Positions 9,607 through 20,399 of a stretch of 64,000 bases of DNA are shown here, piece after piece (the stretch's first letter is position 1; every line of letters starts with the position of its first letter). The stretch is taken from NCBI GenBank assembly GCA_003242895.1, contig QKMY01000043.1, positions 19,106 through 83,105 on the forward strand, read 5' to 3'. The notes under the pieces are model-generated. The model was not told the DNA's origin, searched no databases, and saw nothing but the letters and a program-made list of their open reading frames with translations. A program made the position numbers and the translations under genes. This DNA is from Candidatus Margulisiibacteriota bacterium (GTDB lineage: Bacteria > Margulisbacteria > Riflemargulisbacteria > GWF2-39-127).

Positions 9607-10575
9607 TTATTTCTTTAACTTTAATTCATCATTAAAGAGCTGATTTATTAATTCTTTATATTTTTGTGTGGTATGTATCCTGTATATTTTTTGTTGTATG
9701 GTTTTACTGTCTTCAAAACAGTTACCCAGGAATGACCATATCTCTTTCATTTTGTCTGTAAGATGGGCTGGGCCTGAGAGAATTTTTGAATATCCGTCAA
9801 ACAACTCGTTATGGAAGTTACAAAGTATCTCAAGTTTTTCATTATTTGTATGAATAGTTTTCGTTTGGATTTCCTCAGGGAGAAAAGGGTTGGCTAAAGC
9901 TCCTCTGCCAAGCATCCATTTATTGACGGTGTTAAATCTGCCGGAGAATTTTTGAAACGTCGAGGATGAATCAATATCGCCATTATAGACAACACTATGT
10001 TTCGAGAGAGCAAGACAGGTTTCGAAAGCGTCCAGGTCAACGACACCTTTATACATTTGTTTGCCTGTCCGCGGATGGATGATTATTTCATGCAGAGGAT
10101 ACCGGTTTAATATAGGAATTATTTGCAGTATTTCTTCTGATGAATAGAGTCCTAACCGGAGTTTTACCGATATCTTCGATTTAATATCCGGGATCACTTT
10201 TTCTAAAAAAGAATCAATTTGGTCCGGATGAGGAAGCATTCCGGATCCTTTGCCTTTTTTTACAACCACTGGAAACGGGCAACCCAGATTCCAATTGATA
10301 ACGTCATATCCAAGCTCACTCAGCGAATTCGCAAGCGATATAAAGTCTTGCGCGTTTTTGCTAAGTATCTGTGGAATCGTTTTTATTCCATAGTTGTTTT
10401 TTGGATCAAGTTCTCTTGCGACAACACCTCTTAGCTTATTGCTGTGCGAGGTTGCAATAAAAGGAGCAATAGCAAGATCAAATCCCTTAAAATATTTAGG
10501 AAAAATATTGCGAAATAAGCTTTCTGTTATTCCCTGTATCGGGGCAAGATAAAGTAGTGGTTTCATGGTAAGCAC
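9607..10575 (-). CDS. tRNA-dihydrouridine synthase family protein
   Basis: Motifs LAPIQGITE, NWNLGCP and IIHPRTGKQMYKG match the Dus TIM-barrel signatures. Confidence 0.75.
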   Translation of the reverse strand: MLTMKPLLYLAPIQGITESLFRNIFPKYFKGFDLAIAPFIATSHSNKLRGVVARELDPKNNYGIKTIPQILSKNAQDFISLANSLSELGYDVINWNLGCPFPVVVKKGKGSGMLPHPDQIDSFLEKVIPDIKSKISVKLRLGLYSSEEILQIIPILNRYPLHEIIIHPRTGKQMYKGVVDLDAFETCLALSKHSVVYNGDIDSSSTFQKFSGRFNTVNKWMLGRGALANPFLPEEIQTKTIHTNNEKLEILCNFHNELFDGYSKILSGPAHLTDKMKEIWSFLGNCFEDSKTIQQKIYRIHTTQKYKELINQLFNDELKLKK

Positions 10576-10759
10576 TAATAGTATGATGCTCTTTGGGTGA
10601 TGTCAATTGTTTTCTTGTTTTTCCACTAATGAGTTGGTAAAATCAACGCATTACAGCGGCACCTTCTTAAAAAGCTGATAATTATTAAAAAACCCCTTTG
10701 ATAACCAGATTACAGAATCATATAAAATCAAATATACCTAAAACAAATAATTGATTTCT

Positions 10760-10788
10760 ATTGATTTTTCCAATCATTAATATTATCA
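10760..10788 (+). promoter_or_regulatory. putative sigma70-type promoter upstream of pheS (TTGATT-N17-TATCAT)
   Basis: Hexamers read at 10760-10765 and 10783-10788. The region is AT-rich, so specificity is low. Confidence 0.25.
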
Positions 10789-10888
10789 TAATTGAGACTT
10801 ATAATTATCACCGTTACCGCTAAGTGATGGCTGATAATCTTTTCATTCATATCAATAATAATTAGCCTGACAGAAAGGTATTGAGGCA

Positions 10889-11905
10889 ATGCAATCGAAA
10901 TTAGATGCGATAAAAACCCAAGCAATTAATGAGATTAATCAATCAAAAAGTTCCAAGGATATAGAAGACATTAAGGTAAAGTATCTCGGCAAGAAAAGTG
11001 ATTTGAGTCAAACGCTAAAAGATGTTGGCACACTTACGGCTCAAGAACGTCCGTTTGTCGGGAAGCTGGTGAACCTTGTTAAAGTTGCTATCGAAGAATC
11101 TATTGAAAAAAGATATCAGGATATTGCAGCGCAGGAACAGGAACGACAGCTTATCTCAGAAAAAATTGATGTTACCCTTCCGGGAAAAAAAATAAAAAGA
11201 GGAACTAAACACCCTCTTACCCAGATATTAGAAGAGATTGTTGATATTTTCAAAAGCCTTGGCTATTCGGTAGCTGAGGGTCCGGAAATAGAAACTGACT
11301 TCTATAATTTCGAAGCACTAAATATTCCTAAAGATCATCCTTCCAGAGAGATGCACGATACTTTCTATCTCGAAAGTGAGTACTTACTAAGGACCCATAC
11401 CTCACCAGTACAGATACATACGATGATGAATCAGAAACCGCCAATCAAAATAATTGCACCGGGAAGAGTATATCGCCGTGACGCCGACGCAAGCCATTCT
11501 CCAGTGTTCCATCAGGTGGAAGGGCTTTATGTCGATCACAATGTTACCTTCTCTGACCTTAAGGGAACTCTGGAGATCTTCATCAAAAAAATGTTTGGTA
11601 TTACAAAAAAAGTCAGGCTTCGTCCAAGTTACTTCCCATTCACTGAACCAAGTGCCGAAGTTGATGTCGAGTGTGTTATCTGTAACGGTAACGGATGCAG
11701 GCTATGCAAAAATACCGGTTGGCTGGAGATCCTCGGCTCCGGAATGGTTGATCCTAATGTCTACGACATGGTCAATTATGATAAGAAGCAGTATACCGGA
11801 TTTGCTTTCGGTATGGGCCTTGAACGAATTGCTATGCTTAAGTACGGCATCGATAATATTAAATTATTCTATGATAACGATGTTAGATTTCTAAAACAGT
11901 TTTAA
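10889..11905 (+). CDS. pheS: phenylalanine--tRNA ligase alpha subunit
   Basis: Class II aaRS motifs [25 protein letters not shown] and [14 protein letters not shown]. pheT follows. Confidence 0.95.
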   Translation: MQSKLDAIKTQAINEINQSKSSKDIEDIKVKYLGKKSDLSQTLKDVGTLTAQERPFVGKLVNLVKVAIEESIEKRYQDIAAQEQERQLISEKIDVTLPGKKIKRGTKHPLTQILEEIVDIFKSLGYSVAEGPEIETDFYNFEALNIPKDHPSREMHDTFYLESEYLLRTHTSPVQIHTMMNQKPPIKIIAPGRVYRRDADASHSPVFHQVEGLYVDHNVTFSDLKGTLEIFIKKMFGITKKVRLRPSYFPFTEPSAEVDVECVICNGNGCRLCKNTGWLEILGSGMVDPNVYDMVNYDKKQYTGFAFGMGLERIAMLKYGIDNIKLFYDNDVRFLKQF

Positions 11906-11930
11906 TAAGTGATATTCTGGAGGTAGTCGA

Positions 11931-14345
11931 ATGCTTGTTCCAATTAAATGGTTGAAAGAATATGTTGATATTTCGCTAACACCGCAAGAGCTTGCCCATG
12001 AACTGACCATGCATGCGCTGGAAGTTGACGAAGTCATTGAAAAAGGAAAAGACATATCGAATGTCTTCATAGGCAAAATAGAAAAAATTGAACCTCACCC
12101 GAATGCTGACAAACTGGTTATCTGTCAGGTCAATGTCGGACCAAAAAGTGAAACTATTATTCAAATTGTAACCGGTGCGAAAAACGTCTTCGAAGGAGCA
12201 GTCGTTCCGGTCGCCATGGTTGGCGCAAAGCTTCCTGGCGGCTTTGAGATTAAACAGTCCAAACTGCGGGGAATTGATTCTTCCGGTATGCTCTGCTCAG
12301 AAAAAGAGCTTGCCATTGCCGAAGATGCAGAAGGAATTCTTATACTTCCCAGTGAAGCTCCGCTGGGAGAAAACATCATTACCTATCTAGGTCTGGATCA
12401 AGCGATCCTTAATATCGCAGTTCTTCCCAATCGAGGTGACTGTCTGTCTATTATTGGCATAGCGCGTGAAATCAGCGCCCTCCTGAAAAAGCCGCTGAAA
12501 TATCCTGACCTTTCAATCAATGAAAATAATGTAATACATGAAGCTATGGACGCAAAAATAATCATCGAAGATAAAGATCTATGTCCCCGGTATATGGCCA
12601 AAGTTGTTAAGGGAATCACCATCTCCCCGTCGCCGGAATGGATGCAGCGCAAATTGGAAGCATCAGGAATACGGCCGATCAATAATATCGTTGATATAAC
12701 AAACTATGTTCTCCTGGAAATGGGACAGCCGCTACATGCGTTCGATTATGACAAATTGGTAGATCATACTATTGTTGTTCGAAGAGCGCATGACAAAGAG
12801 CTCATATTGACACTAGACGGTAACTCGCGGGAATTGGCATCAGATATGCTTGCCATTTGTGACCAGGAAAAACCTATAGCGGTTGCCGGGGTTATGGGTG
12901 GTTCAGATACTGAAATAACTGAAAATACCAAAAATATCTTAATAGAATCAGCCTATTTCCATCCAACATCTGTGCGGCGTACCAGTATCAAACTTGCCTT
13001 ACGCTCGGAATCTTCACACCGGTTTGAAAAGGGCGTTGATTTTGCCGGAGTCGAAAAGGCACTCAACAGGGCTGCACAATTAATGGTCGAACTCGGTGGA
13101 GGCAAGGCAGTTGAAGGGCATGCGGATGTCAAAGATGAATCATCTCCGCTCAACAGAAAGGTCACCATCAACTTTGATGCTGACAAAATAAACAAAGTCC
13201 TTGGAATGTCCATTGCACAAGAAGAAATGTTAGCAATCCTGAAATTACTCGGATTTGTTTATGAAATGGGTATTATAGAAGTTCCTTCCTGGAGGACAGG
13301 TGATGTTTCTCGTATCGAAGACTTAGTTGAAGATATCATTCGAATTTACGGTTATGAAAATGTCCCGGTTACATTGCCTTGCGGATATGTTCCATTTGAA
13401 CAACTCGACTACATCGACCGGCTCTCTGCTTTAACCCGAGAAAGCTTAACGGGGAACGGCCTCTCAGAAGCCGTCACGTTTTCAATCACTTCTCCTGACG
13501 AATTCAAACGGCTTAATAGTATCGAGGACCAGAGACAGGCTTTCACAATAACAAACCCTTTAAGTGTAGAAGAATCGGTTATGAGGACCCAGATGATCTC
13601 TAGTATTATGAATGTCCTCGCTTATAACAAAAAACGACAACTATCCAACCTGAAGTTATTTGAGATCGGCAGAGTGTATATAAAAAACAAAGAAGGCAAA
13701 CCGGAAGAGCAGACTATTGCTGCCGGAGCACTCGAAGGGGAACTGTTTGAAGGGGTAATCAATAGTGGAGAACGCAAGAAAAACATGGTAGAATATCTAG
13801 ACGTTAAAGGTATCGTAGAGAATCTCCTGGGAACGCTCAGAATAGCCAAATATGCTTTTGAAGCAGCAAAAATAAAAATCTTCCATTCCGGCAGAACAGC
13901 TCAGATAAAAATAGGTAACAATGTTATAGGAACAGTTGCACAGGTACATCCGGATATTATTAAGAATTATGATCTGACAGGGAAGATATATTATTTTGAA
14001 GTTAATCTGACAAAAGCAGCACAATTTTCCTCACAAAAAATACGATACAAGCAACTCCCGAAATTCCCTTCAACGAGAAGAGACACCACAATATGGGTGC
14101 CGGAAGAAGTTACCTCTAAGCAAGTTGAAGATACGATCTTCAAAGCAGGAGGAAAGCTACTCGTCAGCATGGAACTCCTTGATCGATACACAGGCCAGAA
14201 TATTCATGGCGATAACTACTATAATTTAACGTATGCACTCTACTTCCAATCTGAGGAAAAAACTCTTGTTGATGATGAAGTAAACCAGCTCTTTGAGAAG
14301 ATCATCGAGAGCCTTAAAACAAAAACCGGTGCAAAGTTTGGATAA
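11931..14345 (+). CDS. pheT: phenylalanine--tRNA ligase beta subunit
   Basis: 804 aa. N-terminal tRNA-binding domain (IEKIEPHPNADKLVICQV), B3/4 and B5 regions, and a C-terminal FDX-ACB-like end. Confidence 0.95.
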   Translation: MLVPIKWLKEYVDISLTPQELAHELTMHALEVDEVIEKGKDISNVFIGKIEKIEPHPNADKLVICQVNVGPKSETIIQIVTGAKNVFEGAVVPVAMVGAKLPGGFEIKQSKLRGIDSSGMLCSEKELAIAEDAEGILILPSEAPLGENIITYLGLDQAILNIAVLPNRGDCLSIIGIAREISALLKKPLKYPDLSINENNVIHEAMDAKIIIEDKDLCPRYMAKVVKGITISPSPEWMQRKLEASGIRPINNIVDITNYVLLEMGQPLHAFDYDKLVDHTIVVRRAHDKELILTLDGNSRELASDMLAICDQEKPIAVAGVMGGSDTEITENTKNILIESAYFHPTSVRRTSIKLALRSESSHRFEKGVDFAGVEKALNRAAQLMVELGGGKAVEGHADVKDESSPLNRKVTINFDADKINKVLGMSIAQEEMLAILKLLGFVYEMGIIEVPSWRTGDVSRIEDLVEDIIRIYGYENVPVTLPCGYVPFEQLDYIDRLSALTRESLTGNGLSEAVTFSITSPDEFKRLNSIEDQRQAFTITNPLSVEESVMRTQMISSIMNVLAYNKKRQLSNLKLFEIGRVYIKNKEGKPEEQTIAAGALEGELFEGVINSGERKKNMVEYLDVKGIVENLLGTLRIAKYAFEAAKIKIFHSGRTAQIKIGNNVIGTVAQVHPDIIKNYDLTGKIYYFEVNLTKAAQFSSQKIRYKQLPKFPSTRRDTTIWVPEEVTSKQVEDTIFKAGGKLLVSMELLDRYTGQNIHGDNYYNLTYALYFQSEEKTLVDDEVNQLFEKIIESLKTKTGAKFG

Positions 14346-14349
14346 ATGA

Positions 14350-16827
14350 TTGAGCATGTTGCCTGACAGTAATGACACTCCGATGATAAAGCAATATAAG
14401 GAAATCAAGGCTCAGCACCAGGACTGTATCCTTATGTTCCGTCTCGGTGATTTCTACGAAATGTTTTACGATGATGCGAAACTGGCATCGCGAATACTCG
14501 AACTCACCCTGACTGCACGAGGAAAAACGACAGAAGGCGCGCATGTGCCTATGTGCGGTATTCCTTACCATGCGGCAAACAATTATATTCCCAGGCTTAT
14601 CAATAAAGGCTACAAAGTAGCAATATGTGAACAAACAGAAGATCCAGCCGCATCCAAAGGGATAACGAAACGTGAAGTAGTCAAAATCGTAACTCCTGGA
14701 ACTGTTACGGAAACGACTATGCTCGACTCAAAAAGCAATAACTATCTCATGGCCGTTTATCAGGAAGACAAAAGTTCAGCATACGGCATAGCTTATATCG
14801 ATGTTTCTACCGGGGATTTCTATGTGTCACAGGCACAATCCGAAAAGAACCTGAAGGATGAAATAAGCAGAGTTAATCCCTCGGAGATTTTGATGACAAA
14901 AGAACTCTCGCAGTTACTTTTGCCGACCATAACTATCTATGAAGCGGAAAGCATAGAAAAATCACAGAAAGCACTTCTCGACTTTTTTAATATTAATAGC
15001 CTCGAAAGTTTTGGTTGCCAATCACTCCAACTAGCTTTTCCAGCAGTAAAAGCCATTATTAACTACGTATCAAGAACTCAGAAAACAAATATCGGTCACA
15101 TTAACAGGCTTACCCCGTATTTATCGGGAAAGTACATGTTCTTCGATGTCGCGACGCGAAGAAACCTCGAACTTAACACAACGATGCGTGAAAAAGATAA
15201 AACAGGTTCGCTACTATGGGTACTCGATAAGACCAGGACAGCAATGGGCGGAAGGTTACTTGCACACTGGGTTGCTAGTCCTCTCCTTGATTATAATGAA
15301 CTTATTACGCGACAGGAAGCTGTCACGGAATTATTCAAGAATTATTCATTACAATTGGAACTGGGTGAAAAACTCAAGTCCGTCTACGACATCGAAAGGA
15401 TCACAACAAGAATTGCATCGATGATTGCAAACCCCAAAGAAATAAGGGCATTGTGTACGTCGCTCAAGCAGGCAATAACAATTAAGGAACTGATTAAGGA
15501 CTGTATTTCTCCAATGATAGCAACGATGCTCTCAGCGGAAGATATCAATAAGATTGACGAAATAATTGAAGTTATCGACACTGCAATTGTCGACGATCCT
15601 CCTATCGCGCTCAAGGACGGCGGGATTATTCGAGAAGGATATTTTCAGGAACTCGATGATATACGGCTAGCATCCCGTGACGGCAAAGCCTGGATTGCGG
15701 CACTGGAGCTCAAAGAAAAAGAATCGACTGGAATTAAGTCATTAAAAGTTGGCTATAACAAAGTCTTCGGTTATTACCTGGAGGTCACAAATGCTAACAT
15801 TAGCCAGGTTCCGGACTACTATATCAGAAAACAAACATTAACCAATGGCGAGCGATATATCACTCCTGAACTAAAAGAGAAAGAATCTCAAATACTGAAT
15901 GCCGCCGATCAAGCGCTTGAGCTGGAATATAAGGTATTCACTGAAATTAGAGATGCTATAGCCAAGTACATACTTCCGCTTCAAAAAGCAGCCAAAAGCT
16001 TAGCGCAACTTGATGTCATGCTCTCCTTTGCTGAAGCTGCTATAGAGAATAATTACACCTGTCCCACCGTCTATCCGATGGACGAAAATCAGGGGATTTT
16101 AAGGGTCAAGGCTGCGCGGCACCCGGTCATAGAAAAAACAATCAACTCTTCAAACTTCATACCAAATGATGTTGATATGGATTCGACGGATAACCGGTTT
16201 ATGATCCTTACCGGTCCGAACATGGCAGGGAAGTCCACCTATATGAGACAGATTGCCCTTATTGTATTGTTAGCTCAGATCGGCTCGTATGTGCCTGCCC
16301 AGTCGGCAGAGTTAACAATGGTCGACCGAATATTCACAAGGGTAGGTGCTATGGACGATCTTTTCTCCGGGCAGAGTACCTTTATGGTTGAAATGAATGA
16401 AACCGCAAATATTCTTCATAATGCTACCAAATACAGCCTGGTTATCCTCGATGAGATCGGACGAGGCACATCGACTTATGACGGAATGAGTATCGCCGCC
16501 GCTGTCGCCGAGCATATTCATATGAACATTGGCGCCAAAACGATTTTTGCCACCCATTACCATGAATTAACCGGACTTACCTCACAGTATCATGGTATGA
16601 ATAATTTTAATATCGCAGTAGCCGAAGAGGATGACCATGTCGTTTTCTTAAGAAAAGTTATTCCCGGCGCTGCTGATAAAAGTTACGGAATCCATGTAGC
16701 GCAACTTGCGGGTCTTCCAATAAATGTCATATCGAGAGCAAAAGAATTGCTCTTTGGTCTAGAAGAAAACACCGTCAAGATCAATGTAGAGGAGGTTAAA
16801 CAACCACGGCAACTCGGGTTGTTTTAA
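14350..16827 (+). CDS. mutS: DNA mismatch repair protein MutS
   Basis: Motifs TPMIKQYKEIK, GDFYEMFYDDA, Walker A GPNMAGKST and DEIGRGTSTYDG. The start is TTG at 14350 or ATG at 14356. Confidence 0.95.
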   Translation: MSMLPDSNDTPMIKQYKEIKAQHQDCILMFRLGDFYEMFYDDAKLASRILELTLTARGKTTEGAHVPMCGIPYHAANNYIPRLINKGYKVAICEQTEDPAASKGITKREVVKIVTPGTVTETTMLDSKSNNYLMAVYQEDKSSAYGIAYIDVSTGDFYVSQAQSEKNLKDEISRVNPSEILMTKELSQLLLPTITIYEAESIEKSQKALLDFFNINSLESFGCQSLQLAFPAVKAIINYVSRTQKTNIGHINRLTPYLSGKYMFFDVATRRNLELNTTMREKDKTGSLLWVLDKTRTAMGGRLLAHWVASPLLDYNELITRQEAVTELFKNYSLQLELGEKLKSVYDIERITTRIASMIANPKEIRALCTSLKQAITIKELIKDCISPMIATMLSAEDINKIDEIIEVIDTAIVDDPPIALKDGGIIREGYFQELDDIRLASRDGKAWIAALELKEKESTGIKSLKVGYNKVFGYYLEVTNANISQVPDYYIRKQTLTNGERYITPELKEKESQILNAADQALELEYKVFTEIRDAIAKYILPLQKAAKSLAQLDVMLSFAEAAIENNYTCPTVYPMDENQGILRVKAARHPVIEKTINSSNFIPNDVDMDSTDNRFMILTGPNMAGKSTYMRQIALIVLLAQIGSYVPAQSAELTMVDRIFTRVGAMDDLFSGQSTFMVEMNETANILHNATKYSLVILDEIGRGTSTYDGMSIAAAVAEHIHMNIGAKTIFATHYHELTGLTSQYHGMNNFNIAVAEEDDHVVFLRKVIPGAADKSYGIHVAQLAGLPINVISRAKELLFGLEENTVKINVEEVKQPRQLGLF

Positions 16828-16903
16828 TCGTAGATTCGCTCCCCAATATGGATAATTCAAATCCTTTATGGTAAACTATTCAAAACAAGGTGACTATCAT
16901 ATC

Positions 16904-17920
16904 ATGAACAAAAATATCCCTCTATTATCAGTCCTATATGGCGAAGAAGACTTTCTTATTGATAAACACATTCAAGATATAATAACAACTGTCTTGCCTG
17001 CGGAGTCCCGGGCTCTCGGTCTAGAAGTCTACGAAAACGAATCTGCAACAATTACGAATATCATTAATGCCTGCCAATCGCTAGGCATGTTTGCTACAAC
17101 TAAAGTTGTCGTCGTTAAGAATTTTTATTTGCTGAAAAATACAAAAACAGAATCCGAACCATCCAAAAATGAAGAATTTGAAATAGCTAATCTCAAAGCC
17201 GTGCTTCGCAATCTCAGCTCAGACACCTATCTTATATTTGTTGTATATGGCAACGTCGATAACCGCAAAAAATTCGTCAAACATCTTAAGGAACTCTCTG
17301 AGTTCAGTGAGTATAAACCTTTCGCATCATGGGAAGGCGAAAAGGTTGTCAACTGGGTTAACAATTGGGTAAAGAAAAACGGCAAAGAAATAGAGGAAAC
17401 AGCAGCATTTAGACTCCATACGATCGTAGGCGAAAATCTTCGCCTTCTTGATAACGAAATCCAAAAGCTGATAACGTTTATCGGAAAAAATGACCGGATA
17501 ACTGTGACTGATGTCGACACAGTTGTCAGCTCTGCCGGAGCGAATTCCTTTCAATTGCTTGATTGCCTTGTTGAAGGAAAAACGGCCTTAAGTATGGAAC
17601 TTATCTCCAAAATCCTTTACCATGGTGAAGAGCCAATCAAACTATTAGGATTGATTGTATCTCATTTCAGAGGCCTCTTGATGATTAAATCGCTCTATGA
17701 AGGAAGAACTCAATTCGGAGATATAGCCAAAATGTGCGGAAAACATCCTTTTATCGTCAAGAACACTATTGGAATGATGAAAAATGTTACTTCTTCGGAT
17801 TTTGTAAAAATTATGGATATGCTATGCCAAACTGATCTCGCAATTAAAACCGGACAGTTGAAACCGGATATTGCATTAGAATTATTATGCCAGGATATAC
17901 TTAGTATTACTAAAAAATAG
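16904..17920 (+). CDS. holA: DNA polymerase III delta subunit
   Basis: About 338 aa. The N-terminus (LLSVLYGEEDFLIDK) and helical C-terminal domains are typical of HolA. ATG at 16904 has AAGGTGA about 11 nt upstream; the ORF is open from 16868. Confidence 0.7.
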   Translation: MNKNIPLLSVLYGEEDFLIDKHIQDIITTVLPAESRALGLEVYENESATITNIINACQSLGMFATTKVVVVKNFYLLKNTKTESEPSKNEEFEIANLKAVLRNLSSDTYLIFVVYGNVDNRKKFVKHLKELSEFSEYKPFASWEGEKVVNWVNNWVKKNGKEIEETAAFRLHTIVGENLRLLDNEIQKLITFIGKNDRITVTDVDTVVSSAGANSFQLLDCLVEGKTALSMELISKILYHGEEPIKLLGLIVSHFRGLLMIKSLYEGRTQFGDIAKMCGKHPFIVKNTIGMMKNVTSSDFVKIMDMLCQTDLAIKTGQLKPDIALELLCQDILSITKK

Positions 17921-17967
17921 ATATATTTTCCTGCTTGTTCAGGTAAATAAATGTGGGGTAGGTACAA

Positions 17968-19101
17968 ATGATCTTATTTAATGAACCTCTGGTTACCGGC
18001 AAAGAAAATTATTATATTTCTCAGGTACTTAAAAACAAAAAATTCTGCGGAGACGGTATCTATACAAAAAAATGCAATCAATGGATTGAAGAAAATACCA
18101 AGACAAAAAAAGCCTTACTCACGACCTCTTGCACACACGCGATAGAAATGGCGGCCATTTTGGCAGACATTCAAAAAGGCGATGAAGTGATCATGCCGTC
18201 ATATACGTTTGTCTCAAGTGCCAACCCGTTTGTCCTTCGCGGCGCCAGGATCGTCTTCGTTGATATACGACCGGACACCATGAACATTGATGAAACCAAA
18301 ATCGAAGAAGCAATCACGCCAAGGACAAAAGCCATAGTCCCTGTCCATTACGCTGGCGTCGGGTGTGACATGGATGCGGTTATGAACATAGCAAAAAAAC
18401 ATAATCTGATTGTCATCGAAGATGCTGCGCAAGGGATTATGTCCAGCTATAATTGGACAGCACTGGGCAGTATCGGACATATAGGCTGTTTTAGTTTCCA
18501 CGAAACCAAGAACTACCAATGCGGAGAAGGTGGGGCAATCCTCGTCAACGATCCGAAGTTCATGGAGCAGGCTGAGATCATCAGAGAAAAAGGTACCAAC
18601 CGTACAAAGTTTTTGAGGGGTCAGATAGATAAATATACCTGGGTAGATATCGGGTCCAGTTATTTGCCCAGCGAAATCAATGCCGCGTTCCTGTTTGCCC
18701 AATTAGAAATGTCAGAAGAAGTAAACATAAAACGACATCAATTATGGAATAGATACTATAAGAATTTAAAAGACTTGGAAATAAAAGGATTTCTGGAGTT
18801 ACCCACGATACCTCATCACTGTAGACATAACGCGCATATGTTCTACCTTAAATTGGCAGATATGGAAAAAAGGCATGAGCTTATTGGTTATTTAAGAAGT
18901 AACGAAATACAATCTGCTTTTCATTATATTCCGCTCCATACAGCAAAGGCAGGTTATCAATTCGGAACTTTTGTCGGAGAAGACAAGTATACGACAAGGG
19001 ATAGCGAGAGGATACTCAGATTACCGATGCATTATGATTTGAGCATGGATAATATCGATTTTATTTGCGAAAGAATCCAGTGTTTTTTCGGGAATAAATA
19101 A
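17968..19101 (+). CDS. DegT/DnrJ/EryC1-family sugar aminotransferase, WecE-like (dTDP-4-amino-4,6-dideoxygalactose transaminase type)
   Basis: N-terminus MILFNEPLVTGKENYYISQVLKNKKFCGDGIYTKKCNQWIEE parallels E. coli WecE. PLP-lysine motif FSFHETKN is present. Confidence 0.75.
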   Translation: MILFNEPLVTGKENYYISQVLKNKKFCGDGIYTKKCNQWIEENTKTKKALLTTSCTHAIEMAAILADIQKGDEVIMPSYTFVSSANPFVLRGARIVFVDIRPDTMNIDETKIEEAITPRTKAIVPVHYAGVGCDMDAVMNIAKKHNLIVIEDAAQGIMSSYNWTALGSIGHIGCFSFHETKNYQCGEGGAILVNDPKFMEQAEIIREKGTNRTKFLRGQIDKYTWVDIGSSYLPSEINAAFLFAQLEMSEEVNIKRHQLWNRYYKNLKDLEIKGFLELPTIPHHCRHNAHMFYLKLADMEKRHELIGYLRSNEIQSAFHYIPLHTAKAGYQFGTFVGEDKYTTRDSERILRLPMHYDLSMDNIDFICERIQCFFGNK

Positions 19102-19112
19102 AGGAACTATTA

Positions 19113-20267
19113 ATGGCAGAAGCACTCCAAACCTGTGTGATACATAGCTTTCCGAAATGGCTTGCACAGACACAAACATGGCTATACAACCAGGTCCGCT
19201 ATCTCCCGGAGACGATAGAGAATCATGTTGTTTGCGAAAAGACTTCTAATCTGGAACAATTCCGGGTCCCGAACATACACTGCATGTCTGATATTTCCCG
19301 ATGGAACCTGCTACGCAAAAAGTTCCCGCACAAGCTATTTGCAAGTACTTATTCAGAGTATCTTATTTCACAGGCACAACAGTATGATGCAAACATCCTG
19401 CATTCTCATTTCGGGTACATTGGCTGGGCAAATTTACGGGCAGCTAAAAAAGCGGGACTTAAACATGTCGTAACGTTCTATGGTCTGGATGTTACCTATC
19501 TCCCCAAGGCTTTTTTCCTTTGGTACAGCAGGTATAGAGAATTATTCAAGCACGTTGACCGTGTTCTTTGCGAAGGGCCATTTATGGCAAAAACCGTCGT
19601 TCAAAAGCTTGGTTGCCCGGAAGAAAAAATAATAGTACAGCACCTGGGAGTCACACTTGATACGATACCATTTAAGCTTAGAACCTGGGATGATAATTCC
19701 CCGTTAAAGATATTAATTGCGGCATCCTTTAGAGAAAAAAAAGGAATACCTTATGCACTGGAGGCATTGGGCAGGTTGCAAAAAGATGTACCGATAGAAA
19801 TAACGATTATCGGTGATGCAGGCAGCAAAAGTGAGAAAGACAAAATCCTCGCGATCATAAAAAAATATAAAATGGAATCAAAAACCACGATGCTTGGCTA
19901 TAGACCGTTCTCTGTGCTATTTGAAGAAGCTTACAAGCATCATATATTTTTATCGCCGAGTGTCACAGCAAAAGATGGAGACACGGAAGGCGGAGCACCG
20001 GTATCGGTCATCGAAATGGCAGCAACAGGAATGCCGGTAGTCAGCTCACAACACTGTGATATCCCGGAAATAATCAAACATGGGAAAACGGGATTGCTAT
20101 CAAAAGAACGAGATGTTGATGAAATCTTTGAAAATCTTATGTGGTTAGTGAATAACAAAACCGAATGGGTTACAATTGCTAAAGCAGCCCGGCAGCATAT
20201 TGAATCTGAGTTCAACGCAACGGTCCAAGGCAAGAAACTGGCTTCGATATATGAGGAATTAACGTAG
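19113..20267 (+). CDS. glycosyltransferase family 4 (WcaL-like)
   Basis: C-terminal GT-B motif: EGGAPVSVIEMAATGMPVVSSQHCDIPEII. Confidence 0.7.
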   Translation: MAEALQTCVIHSFPKWLAQTQTWLYNQVRYLPETIENHVVCEKTSNLEQFRVPNIHCMSDISRWNLLRKKFPHKLFASTYSEYLISQAQQYDANILHSHFGYIGWANLRAAKKAGLKHVVTFYGLDVTYLPKAFFLWYSRYRELFKHVDRVLCEGPFMAKTVVQKLGCPEEKIIVQHLGVTLDTIPFKLRTWDDNSPLKILIAASFREKKGIPYALEALGRLQKDVPIEITIIGDAGSKSEKDKILAIIKKYKMESKTTMLGYRPFSVLFEEAYKHHIFLSPSVTAKDGDTEGGAPVSVIEMAATGMPVVSSQHCDIPEIIKHGKTGLLSKERDVDEIFENLMWLVNNKTEWVTIAKAARQHIESEFNATVQGKKLASIYEELT

Positions 20268-20399
20268 TTTTCGGTTATTTTTTGATTTAGGCTTCTATAA
20301 TCAGGCAAAAGCTTGTAAAATAGTATAAGAAATCATAACAAATTATATGTAGTATGTTGATACAATGATATTTCAAATAAGGAGTATATTTAAGTAAAT

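Noticed and set aside
10576-10888. Looked for a T-box leader or attenuator upstream of pheST (313-bp gap).
   Set aside because: No T-box consensus (AANNNGGGTGGNACCGCG-like) and no specifier or terminator architecture are visible. Only AT-rich promoter-like hexamers are present.
11454-11894. 146-aa ORF on the + strand, in an alternative frame inside pheS.
   Set aside because: It is entirely nested in the strongly conserved pheS reading frame and has a low-complexity, unrecognisable sequence. Most likely a chance ORF.
14314-14634. 106-aa antisense ORF across the pheT/mutS junction.
   Set aside because: It overlaps two conserved genes on the opposite strand. Chance ORF.
18214-18702. 162-aa antisense ORF inside the WecE-like aminotransferase gene.
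   Set aside because: It lies opposite a well-supported conserved gene, with no RBS and no recognisable domain.
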